A stretch of DNA of 64,000 bases from Octopus sinensis (taxonomy: Eukaryota): NCBI RefSeq assembly GCF_006345805.1, contig NW_021832866.1:1-64000 (forward strand), in the 5' to 3' direction. A program made the position numbers and the translations under genes. Numbering within the stretch: the stretch's first letter is position 1; each line of letters starts with the position of its first letter. Positions 1-13,757 of this stretch are shown one piece after another. The notes beneath the pieces are model-generated. The model was not told the DNA's origin. It did not search any database and was given only the letters and a program-made list of their open reading frames with translations.

Positions 1-18
1 CACACATATATATATAAT

Positions 19-1108
19 ACAATACAGCTGGTGATGGTCTATGGTAAATAGACGTACCACTGGTAATTATCTGCTTTAAATATATAGAAAATACAGCTGG
101 TGATGGTCTATGTTAAATATAGACAGTGCAACTGATGATTATCTGTTTTAAATATAGACAATGCAACTAGTGATGGTCTATTTTAAATATAGACAATACA
201 GCTGGTGATGGTCTATTTTAAATATAGACAATGCAGCTGGTGATGGTCTATATTAAATATAGACAATGCAACTGGTGATGGTCTATTTTAAATATAGACA
301 ACACAGCTGGTGATGGTCTATTTTAAATATAGACAATACAGCTGGTGATGGTCTGTTAAATATAGACAATGCAGCTGGTGATGGTCTATATTAAATATAG
401 ACAATGCAACTGGTGATGGTCTATTTTAAATATAGACAATACAGCTGGTGATGGTCTATTTTAATATAGACATACAGCTGGTGATGGTCTATTTAAATAT
501 AGACAAACACACATGGTCTGTTAAATATAGACAATGCAACTGGTGATGGTCTATGTTAAATATAGACAATACAACTGGTGATGGTCTATTTTAAATATAG
601 ACAATGCAGCTGGTGATGGTCTATATTAAATATAGACAATGCAACTGGTGATGGTCTATTTTAAATATAGACAATGCAACTGGTGATGGTCTATTTTAAA
701 TATAGACAACACAGCTGGTGATGGTCTATTTTAAATATAGACAATGCAACTGGTGATGGTCTATTTTAAATATAGACAACACAGCTGGTGATGGTCTATG
801 TTAAATATAGACAATACAGATGTTGATGATCTATTTTAAATATAGACAATACAGCTGGTGATGGTCTGTTAAATATAGACAATGCAACTAGTGATGGTCT
901 ATGTTGAATATTGACAATGCAACTGGTGATGGTCTATGTTAAATATAGACAATGCAACTGGTGATGGTCTATTTTAAATATAGACAATGCAGCTGGTGAT
1001 GGTCTGTTAAATATAGACAATACAGCCGGTGATGGTCTATTTTAAATATAGACAATACAGCTGGTGATGGTCTATATTAAATATAGACAACACAGCTGGT
1101 GATGGTCT
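19..1108. repeat. 35-bp minisatellite, roughly 30 copies
   Basis: Unit about ATAGACAATRCARCTGGTGATGGTCTATTTTAAAT; period 35 measured at 181/216; some 33-bp variants. Confidence 0.95.
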
Positions 1109-1189
1109 GAGATTACATAAGTGATTGCTGTTGTCTTTGCTGTTCCCATCATATTCAATGTTGCTTTCTTCATTATTAAAATTTACATG

Positions 1190-2030
1190 ACATCACCAAC
1201 ACCACTACATTACATTCACAATCCTACCACCACTATATACTACCACCAGCACTGCTCAGACCACTACCACAATGCACATCATTGCCACCACCACCACCAC
1301 TACCACTCTTACTACTTGCATAACATCACCAGCAGCATTTCTTCCTCTGCCACTACACCCACCACCACAACCACTTTTCACCACAACCACCATCACTACT
1401 ACCGCCACCACTGCCATCACCACACATTTTATTCTACCATTCAACAGAACCAAAGCATTGTCTTACAATTTCTTTTATCACTGATATTGCAGTTGTGGTG
1501 ATGGTGGTGGTAGTAGTGGTGGTGGTGGGGATGATAATAGTGATGATAGTGGTGGTGGTAGTGGTGGCGGTAATGGTGGCGGTAGTGGTGGTGGTGGTGG
1601 TGGTGGTGGTGGTGGTGGTAGTGGTGGTGGGGATGATAATAGTGATGACAGTGGTGGTGGTAGTGGTGGCGGTAGTGGTGGTGGTGGTGGTGGTGGTGGT
1701 GGTAGTGGTGGTGGGGATGATAATAGTGATGATAGTGGTGGTGGTAGTGGTGGCGGTAATGGTGGCGGTAGTGGTGGTGGTGGTGGTGGTGGCGGCGGCG
1801 GTGGGCGTGTTGGCAGTGGCGGTGGTGGGAGATGTATCTGGTGTGGTAGTATTGGTGGTAGCTGGATGTTGTTAATGTTGTAGTGTTACTTTGAGGTAGA
1901 CAGGTGTGGTTAGTGCTACAATAGCGAGGGGTAATTGTGGTTGGTCTTCCAGTTGGAATTGTAGTCTTGGTGATGGTTGTAGTGGTGGTGGTGGTGGTGG
2001 TGGTGGTGGTGGTTGCTATTTTAGATGACA
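1190..2030. repeat. Degenerate (CAC)n tract followed by (GGT)n tract with about 100-bp higher-order duplications
   Basis: CAC-rich 1190-1440; GGT/GAT-rich 1490-2030; block ggggatgataatagtgatga occurs three times. Confidence 0.9.
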
Positions 2031-2768
2031 TAGTAGTTCAGCATTTTTCTCATAAACTCATTTGTGTTTTTTTAATGCGATTGTTTTTCTCATTTCTAAT
2101 TTCACAGATTCCATCAAAAAATCTCTGCCTCTATGCATGTGTATGTAGATACCTGTGTATATATGTGTATGTGTGTGTGTGTCTGAGTATATATGTTTCT
2201 GTGTAAATACATTTGCAAACGTGTGTGTGTGGCTCTGCATATGTGATTATATATGTGTGAATATATCTGCATGCATGTGAGTGTGTGCTTGTACCTGTAT
2301 GTGTTTGTACATCTATGCTTGTATGTGTGTGTTTGTGTGTGCCTTGGCAAGTGTGTGTGTGTGCATATGCATGTGCTTGTGTATATATGTGTGTATGTAT
2401 TGCATATGTGTATATCTGTGTGTGTGTGCCTTTGTATATGTGTGTGTATGTGTTATAAATGTGTGTTGTTTCTTTTTTAAAATCATAATAGTTATTATGA
2501 CTTTAAATTTTGTAAATTATAACTTTTAATAGATTTTTTGAAGAATTGTCTCTGTGTGTGTGTGTGTGTGTGTGTGTCGTGGGTGTTAATGTATGTGTCT
2601 ATGTAAGTGTTTTGTGTGTGTGGGTGTTGAGATCCATTTAATTTTGTCTGCTCATGTGTATGTCTGTGAGTCGAGTGAGTGAGTGGGTGGTTTGACGGAG
2701 GTATGGTGCTTGCATGCGTGCACATGTCTGTGTGTGTGTGTGTGTTGACTTGATTAATGAAAATAGGT

Positions 2769-3195
2769 ATAGGTGTGGATGTGCGGTAAGAATCTTACTT
2801 CCCAGCTATATGGTTCCAGGTTCAATCCTACTGCATGGTACCTTGGACAAGTGTGTCTTCTACTACAACCCCAGGCCAAACAATGCCTTGTGAATGGATT
2901 TGGTAGATGGAAATTGGAAGAAACCCATTGTGTGCGTGTGTGTATGTGTGTGTGTGTGTGTATGTATCTATATGTATGTGCCTTAGTGTCTGTGTTTGTC
3001 CATCCCCCACCACTTGACAACTGGTGGTGGTGTGTTTATGTCCCTGCAACTTAGTGGTTCAACAAAAGAGACTGATAGAATAGATACTAGGTTTGTAAAA
3101 AACAAAAGTCCTGGGGATCGATTTGCTCAACTAAAACCCTTTAAACCAGTGCTCCAGCATGGTCAAAGTCAAATGAATGAAACTAAGTAAAAGAT
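2769..3195 (+). mobile_element. tRNA-headed SINE, family B (working label; ccttgggcaagtgtctt core)
   Basis: Same head, core and tail recur at 8187-8590(-), 13025-13405(-), 32350-32770, 33050-33400, 48712-49100, 50805-51440(-), 56195-56580, 58308-58715. Confidence 0.8.
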
Positions 3196-3214
3196 AAGAG
3201 TTAAAGGAATCTTT

Positions 3215-3630
3215 TCTACTCTAGGCACGAGGCCCGAAATTTTTGGGGAAGGGGCTGGTCAATAAGATCGCCCCTAGTATGCAACTGGTACTCAATTTAT
3301 TGACCCTGAAAAGATGAAAGGCAATGTCGACCTTGGCGGAATTTGAACTCAGAACGTAAATACCGACGAAGTAGCACTAAGCATTTCGCCTGGCATACTA
3401 ACGTTTCTGCCAGCTCACTGCCTTTGCGTGCAAACATATTTTTTTCTACTCCAGGCTCAAGGCCCGAAATTTGGGGGGAGACCCCAGTATGCAACTGGTA
3501 CTTAATTTATCAACCCTGAAAGGATGAAAGGCAAAGTCGACCTTGGCAGAATTTGAACTCAGAACGTAAAGACAGACAAAATACAGCTAAACATTTCACC
3601 TGGCATACTCACAATTCTGCCAGCTCTCTT
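3215..3630 (-). mobile_element. Two head-to-tail SINE family A copies
   Basis: Reverse complement of gcgagctggcagaaacgttag...tgagttcaaattccgccgaggtcgactttgcc occurs twice. Confidence 0.8.
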
Positions 3631-3991
3631 CCTTGATAAGAGTTAAAAGAATAAAAACAGTCCCCACAGTCTGCGATAATGCTGTGAGTGAAAAAGTTAA
3701 TTAAAAACTCATCTGAATTAATTGTTTTTTTTCAAGTTTTGTTAGAGTTCAGAATGGTTCTTGATTAGACTTTGGTAAGTCTCTAGTACTTCCAAAATAC
3801 GAAATACTTTCTCAGATCACTGTGCCAAATGCCTTGGAAAAGTCCACAAACACCACAAAGAGGTTTTTAGCTATTATATACATATATATGTATGTGTGTG
3901 TGTGCGTATACACACAACACACACACCACACACATATATATATACACATATATATACACACACACATAAATATATATATATATATCTATAG

Positions 3992-4036
<45 letters not shown>

Positions 4037-4040
<4 letters not shown>

Positions 4041-4150
4041 TGTGGTTTTATCTTTTGTTTCTATATTTCAGGGTTATAACCCCTTCTTCAGGACATTTGG
4101 AAAAGTTGTTGCTCAAATCTGAGCAAACTTTTTTCTTCCCTTGTTCCAGC
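4037..4150 (-). mobile_element. Penelope-like terminal remnant with decayed hammerhead-like motif
   Basis: Minus strand reads tgtcCTGAAGAAGGGGTTATAACCCTGAAAtatag. Confidence 0.5.
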
Positions 4151-4351
4151 CTTACATAACAAATCTCTTTAAACATACATACATACATACGTACATATAT
4201 ACATATACATATACATACATACATATATACATATACATACATACATCTATACACACACTCACCACACACATATAATATATATATATATATAAAATATAAC
4301 ATAATATAATACAATATTATATAATATTATATAATATGATATAAATACCAA

Positions 4352-5057
4352 CAGCAATTCTACATGGTGTTGAGACATACACGGGCCTGGAATGCAGAGG
4401 ATATGCGAAGACTGGAGAGGAATGAGGCTGGTATGTTCTGCTGGATGGGTAATGTAAGCGCAATTGTGCCACAGAGTGTTAGTGTATTCAGAGAAAAGTT
4501 GCCATAAGAGAAATTAGATGCAATGTGCATGAGAGAAGCCTGCAATGGATTGGTCCTGTGATGCAGATGGATGCTGACAGCACGATAAAGTGCTGTTCAC
4601 TCAAAGTGGATGGAATTCATGGGAAAGAGAGACGTAAGAAGACGTGGGACAAAGTCCTGATGGATGACCCCAGAACGCTAAACCTTTTGGACGTATTGAC
4701 AAAGGACTGAGATAATTGTCCCCTTGCTCTACTCAAGAAGACCCCTAACTTCACAGCAGAAGTGTCGCGACCACGTCCCCTGGGGAAGAGGATTAGCCTG
4801 CAAGAGTTCTGTACTGGTGCCATATTAGAAGCACTTTTGCCAGTGCTGCATAAAAAGCACCCGTACCGGTGCCATGTAAAAGAGCTCATGCTGGGGCCAC
4901 ATTAAAAGCACCTGGTACACACTGTAAGGGGGCTGGCATTAGAAAGGGCATCCAACCATAGAAACCATACCGAATCAGAATGGAACCTAGTTGCAGCTCT
5001 CTGGCTTGCCAGCATTGAAAATGGACAATGAAGAATGATGAGGACAATGATGATGAT
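4352..5057 (+). mobile_element. RTE-clade LINE 3' end (decayed ORF C-terminus, 3'UTR, (GAT)n tail)
   Basis: AILHGVET..., LQWIGPVMQMD...VDGIHGKERRKKTWDKV resemble the RTE LRWFGHVMR..GRPRKTW region; followed by aagggcatcca...(gat)n. Confidence 0.75.
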
Positions 5058-5510
5058 AGCTAAATAACAGGATGCCCTTCATCATATACTCTATACAACA
5101 CTGCTCTGTAGATGACAACACATCAGTGAAGCTAACACTTTCCCCACTACTTACCCTTCCTCCTCACCAGACGTGATATATGCCCAGGCTGGAGCTACCT
5201 TCGTTAGTCTTTGAATGGTTATCTCAGAATATTGGAGACTGATGTAATGTCTTGGTAAATAGTTTCAGTAATTAAGGTGATAGAAGCTTGCTGTGTTGGC
5301 CGGGAGATAGATCATTGTTCGAATGGAGATTTATGTGTATTTATAGAAATGGCCTGAGGGTCGGGGTGGGGAGTTGGCGTGGCTGGTGTAGAGATAGTGG
5401 TTAGGGTAACGGTGGTGGTGAAGGTGATTAGTAGAGATGATATACTAATGATGATGATGATGATGGTGGTGGTGAGCCATTTAGATTTGTATGTATATAT
5501 ATATATATAT

Positions 5511-5543
<33 letters not shown>

Positions 5544-5752
5544 TATATAGATACATACATATATATATATATAGATACATACATACATATATATATAGAT
5601 ACATACATACATATATATATATAGATACATACATACATATATATATATAGATACATACATACATATATATATAGATACATACATACATATATATATATAG
5701 ATACATACATACATATATATATAGATACATACATACATACATATATATATAT

Positions 5753-5785
<33 letters not shown>

Positions 5786-5790
5786 GATAC

Positions 5791-5855
<65 letters not shown>

Positions 5856-7082
5856 GTTCATATGAATGTATGTATGTGTATAGATATTATATTTTATAGT
5901 TTTCTTAGTTTTATTTTATGTGTTTGTTTCCTGAAATCTTCATTATCTGAATATTTGATAATTGTACTAATGAATGACATATCGGTAGTTAAGCACATAA
6001 GCACACACAAATACACACACACACACACACGCAAGTACATATGTACATATTTACTTATGTATACAGACATATAAACTTATTTCTTATATACATACATAAA
6101 TATTTAATGTGACTCTAAATATATTTAATCACACTTATTATATATACACATTCATATACTCATCTATTCACATTTACATATATTAAATATACACACTGAT
6201 TCATACTTTTATATACACTCATACTTATGTGTATCAATATCAATATTCAATGTGTATGCAAATATATTGAATCACATACACACCTATGCACACACATATC
6301 TATATGGCTACAGACACAATAAACGGCTACACACACATAAACAATATAGACACATACATACGTGCATAACCACATACACACACACACACACACTGCATTG
6401 TTCCAAAACAGTTTACCATTTTGTGAGAAGAAAAGGAAGCAAAATGTCTTGGAGAAATGATAAAATATTCAAAGATATTTGACACTATGGATGAGATTAG
6501 GAATAATGGTAAGATGCTGGGTGAATTAAGGGTGGGATAGGTTATACAGTCACATGGGGAGATGGTAGACAGGTAAATTAAACAGGTACAGGGTGGGTAG
6601 ATAAAGGGTATGATAGTTTATGCAGTCATATGAGTATATGGTAGGTGGATTCAGGCTATAGATCTTTTACTTGTTTCAGTCATTGAACTGCGGCCATGCT
6701 GGGGTACCATTTTGAAGGACTTTTAATCTAACAAATTAACCCTAGGACATTTTTTTAAACTCTGGTATTTATTTTATTAGTCTCTTCTACCAAACTGCTA
6801 AGTTCCAAGGATTCATGGCCGTAAACAAACAAGTATTAGTTGTCAAGTGGTAGGTGAGGGTAGACACAAACACAAAGACACACACCCATATATATATATA
6901 TATATATGTATATATATGTACATATATGCATTTATATATATCTATATACTATATATATACACACACACACATATATATACACATATATTCTCACACACAT
7001 ACACACACACACACACATATACAGATGTAAACATTTATATACACATACACATATATTTCCATATATATTTTATACATGCATG

Positions 7083-7127
<45 letters not shown>

Positions 7128-7575
7128 ATATATATATGTGTGTGTGTGTGTGTATGTTTATGTGTGTGAGTATGTGTGTGTGTATGTTTGTGTGTGTGAG
7201 TGTGTGTGTGTGTATGTTTATTTGTGTGTGGGTGTGTGTGTGTGTGTGCGTGTATAAAAGAGGTAAATCAAAAATTATGCACCCTTAGATTTACTCAGTA
7301 AATTTGTTGTCATCATCATCATCATCATCGTCATTATCATCAAGTTCAAGGCAGTGAGCTGGCAGAATCATTACTGTGCTAGGCAAAATGCCCAACAGCA
7401 TCTATCTTGTCTGTCTTTTCATTCTGAGTTCAAATGTCACTGAGATCGACTTTCATTTCATCCATTTGAACACTGTGGTCTATGCAATTGACTCGTGCCC
7501 TCCTTCAAATTTCAGGCTTCTAGTAGAAAGGATTTTTATTATTATTATTTTTGTTGCTGTTGTCATTATGACTGC

Positions 7576-7640
<65 letters not shown>

Positions 7641-7653
7641 TATTATTATTATT

Positions 7654-8135
7654 GAGTGAGAGAGCAGTGCATGCCAGCAAAGTGACACTGGGGTACAAAT
7701 ATACGAAGCCCAGTATACCCATCATGACTACCTGTCTGATAACAGTACACCAGGCACATGCATCACAATCATATGTGCGCGACATGGTGATCTAATATCA
7801 AGATAAACAGCACATGACCTTGCCGGTGGGGCCCAGTTGGAATTTTCTTCTGGTCGAGTAACCCATCCCGCTCAAAAGGTCCCTGAATAAGGGTTGTTTA
7901 AGGATGTTGAACGAAACACCCATGTTTCCAAAGGTGAATTATCCAAACTTCGAAGAATCCCTCTCAACACATGGCTATGATGCTCCCCTACTATTCCTGC
8001 TCATGATCAGAGATGCACATATCGTCAGCCACTAAGGGACATGCTCAACTGGTTAAGGTCAAACAACTGACAAGCAAATCTGTGGTATTGAGCAGAATAT
8101 TTGCTGTAGCCCATCTTTCATACCAAGACAAAACA
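7654..8135 (-). mobile_element. Interspersed repeat (SINE/LINE tail) abutting a long (ATT)n tract
   Basis: The 7950-8110 portion recurs inverted at about 36925-37100. Confidence 0.6.
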
Positions 8136-8186
8136 ATGTATATGATAACACTTCTTCTTCTTCTTCTTCTTATTATTATTATCACT

Positions 8187-8590
8187 CTTTACTCTTTTAC
8201 TCTTTTACTTGTTTCAGTCATTTGACTGCGGCCATGCTGGAGCACCGCCTTTAGTTGAGCAAATCGACCCCGGGACTTATTCTTTGTAAGCCCAGTATTT
8301 ATTCTATCGGTCTCTTTTGCCGAACTGCTAAGTGACGGGGACATAAACACACCAGCATCGGTTGTCAAGCAATGCTAGGGGGACAAACCTAGACACACAA
8401 ACATATACACACACATACATATATATACATATATACGACAGGCTTCTTTCAGTTTCCGTCTACCAAATCCACTCACAAGGCATTGGTCGGCCCGGGGCTA
8501 TAGCAGAAGACACTTGCCCAAGATACCACGCAGTGGACTGAACCTGGTACCATGTGGTTGGTAAGCAAGCTACTTACCACACAGCCACTC
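8187..8590 (-). mobile_element. SINE family B, near full length
   Basis: Reverse complement of ggagtggctgtgtggtaagtagcttgc...ccagcatggccgcagtcaaatgactgaaacaagtaaaagag. Confidence 0.85.
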
Positions 8591-8644
8591 CTATTGTTAT
8601 TTTTATTATTGTTATTTTTATTATTGTTATCATTATTATTATTA

Positions 8645-8681
<37 letters not shown>

Positions 8682-8689
8682 GTTTTCAG

Positions 8690-8794
8690 AGGCCAGCAAA
8701 GTAATAATGCAATATGTAGCCCAGGTGTCAGGTAAAGGGGTTGACATTGACCATGTCAAGGAACAGTTACTCTTGTCTAACCCAGTTCTGGAAG
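8690..8794 (+). CDS. MYO1B: myosin-I exon (E)[34 protein letters not shown]
   Basis: ttttcag|AGGCC...GAAG|gtaatt; 105 nt, phase 1 to 1. Confidence 0.95.
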
Positions 8795-10000
8795 GTAATT
8801 CAATAAATTTTCTTACAAATTCATTTGCAGAGAAAGTGATTTTTTTTTTCTTTTGACCATTTTTTTTTTGACCGGAATTCATTTTCATTTTATATGTTTT
8901 ATTGTTTTTCATGATTTGTTATACTTTTTTTCCTATGCAATCTCCAGATATATATGTAACAATCTCCATTATTTTATACACATGCACACACACTCACACA
9001 CACACACACGTGGTCTATATAAGAGTTTTTCCCGTTTGTGTGTGTGAGTAATATACTTTCCAGCCTGTATGCTACAAAAGAAATTAGTGCCGTATTTTAC
9101 CATTTGTACTACTACTAATACTACTACTACAGCAATAATAATAATAATAATAATAATTAATTCGTTTATTGGCCACAAGGGCTAACAAAAATCAAATAAA
9201 ACATGTAAGGACAAAATACAGGACGAAAGTTACAAAAAGGGTTTTGTCCGTTTGAAAAGTCCGTGTAAAAAATGCAAGATAACAACGAAAATATAACAAG
9301 TAAAAACTCCCAATAGGGGAAGGCGCTTCGAAAGGTTACTTGTGGAAAAACCCCTAAAAACCACGGGAGCCTGGTCAAAAAGGTGGGTAGAGAGCCCCTT
9401 TCTCCTTTTATATTACCTTTTTATAGTAATGATAATGACTTCAAATTTAGTCACTTGGTCTGAAAATTTAAGGAAGTGGTGAGTCGGTAAAATCTGTCTA
9501 GCATTTGGTTGTTTAAGTTATGGATACACCAAAGGTGTATTGGAACTATAGGTGGAGGAACAAAGAATCATACATTTTACTCATATAAGTGATTTTGCCA
9601 GTCATTATAGTTTGAACAATTAGTTTAACTTGCATTTCACTTCAATAGAGGAATCTTTTCCTAAGCCTTTGAACATTCTTTTAATCAACGTATCCCTGCC
9701 TCTCTTTTTGTTCCCTAATTACTACCCCTTTAACCCTTCTTCTCCTCCTACTATCTGCCTTTGACATCAAATCTACCAACGGTTTTTTTAAATACTTAAT
9801 AACGTTCTGTTTATCATGTAGGCAGTCATCGTAATTGTTATAATGTCTTGTTGTTGAGAGAGGCTCTCTTTCTTTCCTGATGAGAAGATTGCATCTTACA
9901 CTATTTATTCCTTTGGAATAAAACCATGTTGTCTTCGAAACATATGTCGAAAGTAAACAAATTTTATTAACATCTTCGTTCAACTCCATTTATTTATCTA

Positions 10001-10046
<46 letters not shown>

Positions 10047-10443
10047 ATATAAACATAAGCACTTCTAGGCCCTTTGCTCAATTTCTTGCTCATGACTCCT
10101 CTTTCTCTCTCTAACTGCAGCTTTTCCTTGACACCAATTATCTTTCCCCACTGTCCAGAACCCTAGTCCTATATATATATATATATATATATATATAAGC
10201 ATATACGTATCTATGTATATACACGCACTCACACAATGGGCTCCTTTCATGTTACTGTCTACAAATGTACTCACAAGGACATGGTTGAGAAGGATATGTG
10301 TTAATCGCATTGCCATGCTTGTGACTATAGCTGTATTTACGTGCGTGCATATGCATGTAATGGGTAAACGTGTTTGTGCATGTGTTGATTGTACGTGCAT
10401 GTGTATGTTTGTGCGTGTGAGTGTGTGTATACATAAATACTAC

Positions 10444-10486
<43 letters not shown>

Positions 10487-11085
10487 AGTTAGTTAATATG
10501 TGCGTATAGATAAAAGATAAATTAGTTAAATGTGAACTAAAATCTGTGCATCTCTTCAATTAGAAAATAAGAAAAGTAAATGATTTTGTTGTGTGTGCTT
10601 ATGTGTTGCTACCTTTGACTCTCTCTCTCTCTCTATGTATGTATGTATGTATATATCTGTCTATACACATTATTAGACACACACATATATCTTTATGTAT
10701 GTGTGTTTCAGGGGGAAGTGTGAGCATGTGTGAATGCAACTGACTGGTTTTTTTTGTTCTTTGTTAAAGTCAATATGAGCAATGCAAGATATTAAAGCGA
10801 GGATATTAAATTGAAATTCCGGAGAAATCTTATAAAAGTGCTGATATCTGGAATTCTGTTGCACTTTCGGTTTTTAAGCTCTCAACATATCTTAGCTAGA
10901 TAGGAAAATCTTCATGATATTCCATTATACATAATACATACATGTGTGTATATATATATATTATATTATATATATATATATATATATTTATATCTGTGTA
11001 TATATGTATATATGTATATATATAGTTATATGTATACATGTATATATTTGTATATATGTATATATATGTGTGTGTGTGAGTATGG

Positions 11086-11117
<32 letters not shown>

Positions 11118-11441
11118 CTGTGTATATATGTATATATGTATGTATATATATAGTTATATGTATACATGTATATATTTGTATATATGTATATATATGTGCG
11201 TGTGAGTATGGATATATATATATATATATACACATATATGTATTTTTATATCTGTGTATATATGTATATATATAGTTATATGTATATATGTATATATTTG
11301 TATATATGTATATATATGTGTGAGTATGGATATATATATATATATATATATATCCGTAATAATGAAGGGTGAAATTAATTAATTTGGAATAATTATCAAT
11401 TACACCAAGCAGTCTTCGGCATGTAAAAGCCTCATTCGAGG

Positions 11442-11487
<46 letters not shown>

Positions 11488-13484
11488 GTATATATTATTT
11501 GTGTGTATGTATGTGTGTATATATGTGCATGTATGCGTATATATATATGCACACAGTTTTCATATCATTTTGGTTTTCTCTCTCTTTCTACCTCATTCTC
11601 TCCCCGCACGTACTCCTATATTCAGTATTCAAAGGTGATATTTCTGTAAATGGAATGTTTACATGTTTATGTATGTCATTTAGTTAATGTCTCATGTACA
11701 TTATGTAGAGGTCTCACTGATCTGTATGTTGAGAACATGCATGTCGTTTACTGTTCCCACTTTCTCAATGCCTGTATCATGGAGACTGCTTATATTATGG
11801 AGGCATAGTTTTACAAACAGATGCCCTGCCCATCATTAGCTCTTTACCTGTTTTTCCAAGGAAGGGATTTCTTGTTCCCCACATCTTCAGAGTAACAAAA
11901 CCAAAGGCAATTTGTTGAGAAATGACATCATCACCACCACTTTTGCCTGGTGTTCATTGCAGAAGGGCAAATTTAAACACACAGCAGTCGAATCAGTGTT
12001 ATTATACGGGAGGGAAATATAGACACTGGCAAAGTAATTGGCGAGCTGGCAGAAACGTTAGCAGGCCGGGCGAAATGCGTAGCCGTATTTCGTCTGTCGT
12101 TACGTTGTGAGTTCAAATTCCGCCAAGGTCGACTTTGCCTTTCATCCTTTCGGGGTCGATAAATAAAGTACCAGTTACGCACTGGAGTTGATATAATCGA
12201 CTTAATCACTTTGTCTGTCATTGTTTGTCCCCTCTATATTTAGCCCCTTGTGGGCAATAAAGAAATATATTAAACAGGCTTGAGGGCTGCTATACAAGGA
12301 TGCTACAAATGGCCCTAAATGTGAAGAAACAGCAGCAACATATGATAAATGAATGCTTTCATGGAGACCTGTTGAAAGTTGGTGAGAAGATCAGGCAAAG
12401 ATGGCTGCTTCTATCTAGTCACTGTGTACACCATTAAAGTTGACCTGATGAAGGAGATGATGAAAGTTAGATAGCATGTGGGAAAGGATCCTTCCAAACC
12501 ATTTCAAGAATTGGTAAAAATGTATGGTGCCGATAATTTTGATGGTCATTTATCTTTCATTTGTTTCAAGGGTGGCCAGCTGGCGGAATTGTTAGCATGC
12601 CAGGCAAAATGCCTAGCGGTATTTCGTAAGGCAGCGAGCTGGCAGAAACGTTAGCATGCCGGATGAAATGCTTTGTGGTATTTCCTCTGCCACTACGTTC
12701 TGAGTTCAAATTCCACTGAGGTCGACTTACCCTTTTATCCTTTCGGGGTTGATAAATTAAGTATCAGTTACGCACTGGGGTCGATGTAATCAACTTAATC
12801 CGTTTGTATGTCCTTGTTTGTCCGCTCTGTTTAGCCCCTTGTGGGCAATAAAGAAATAGGTATTTCGTCTGTCTTTACATTCTGAGTTGAAATTCCAGTG
12901 ATGTCAACTTTGCCTTTCACCCTTTCAGGGCTGATAAAGTAAGTACCAGTTAACCACTGGTGTCGATGTAAGTGATTAAACCCTTCACCCAAACTTGCAG
13001 GCCTTGTGCCAAAATTTGAAATCTTCTTTTACTTGTTTCAGTCACTGGACTGTGGTCATGCTGGGGCACCATCCTGAAGGGGGTTTTAGGCAAACAAATC
13101 GACCCCTGCCCCAGCACTTATTTTTTTAAAGCTTGGTACATATTTTATTGGTCTCTCTTTTTTTTTTGCCAACCTACCAAGTCATGAGGACATAAACAAA
13201 CCAACACTGGGGATACAAATACAAACACACATATATATTATATGATGGGCTTCTTCCAGTTTCTATCTACCAAAATCCAGCCCCAAATCCTTGGTGGGCT
13301 CAAAGCTATAAGTGAAAAACACTAATCCAAGATACCATGCAGTGGGACTGAACTTGGGACTAAGCGGTTGGAAAGCAAGCTTCTTACCACACAACCACAT
13401 CTGTGCTAATATTGAAAATTGAAAAATATATTTGAATATATTTATCACCATTGTGTGTGTGTGTATGCATGTGGTTATACATAT

Positions 13485-13570
<86 letters not shown>

Positions 13571-13593
13571 ATGTATCTGTAATCATCTATTTG

Positions 13594-13626
<33 letters not shown>

Positions 13627-13684
13627 ATATGCATGTATCTGTAATCATCTATTGATATATATATAGATATATATATATATATAA

Positions 13685-13757
<73 letters not shown>

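Noticed and set aside
19-1108. CRISPR-like regular array
   Set aside because: Units are contiguous with no unique spacers, there are no cas genes, and the context is a eukaryotic intron.
1441-2031. 196-aa His/Thr-rich ORF
   Set aside because: Translation of a (CAC)n/(GGT)n tract with no splice or domain support.
1-8689. Upstream myosin exon with the P-loop (GESGAGKT)
   Set aside because: Not found by eye in any frame; it presumably lies before the window.
11385-11440. Hammerhead-like motif on the minus strand (cgaatga-GGC-ttttacat-GCC-gaagac)
   Set aside because: Both core halves deviate and stem I/III are not identifiable; too degenerate to claim.
11620-11680. Possible alternative exon (ttcag|TATTCAAAGGTGAT..., FKGD)
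   Set aside because: Only a four-residue resemblance to the real FKGD exon, wrong position in the gene, and no convincing donor.
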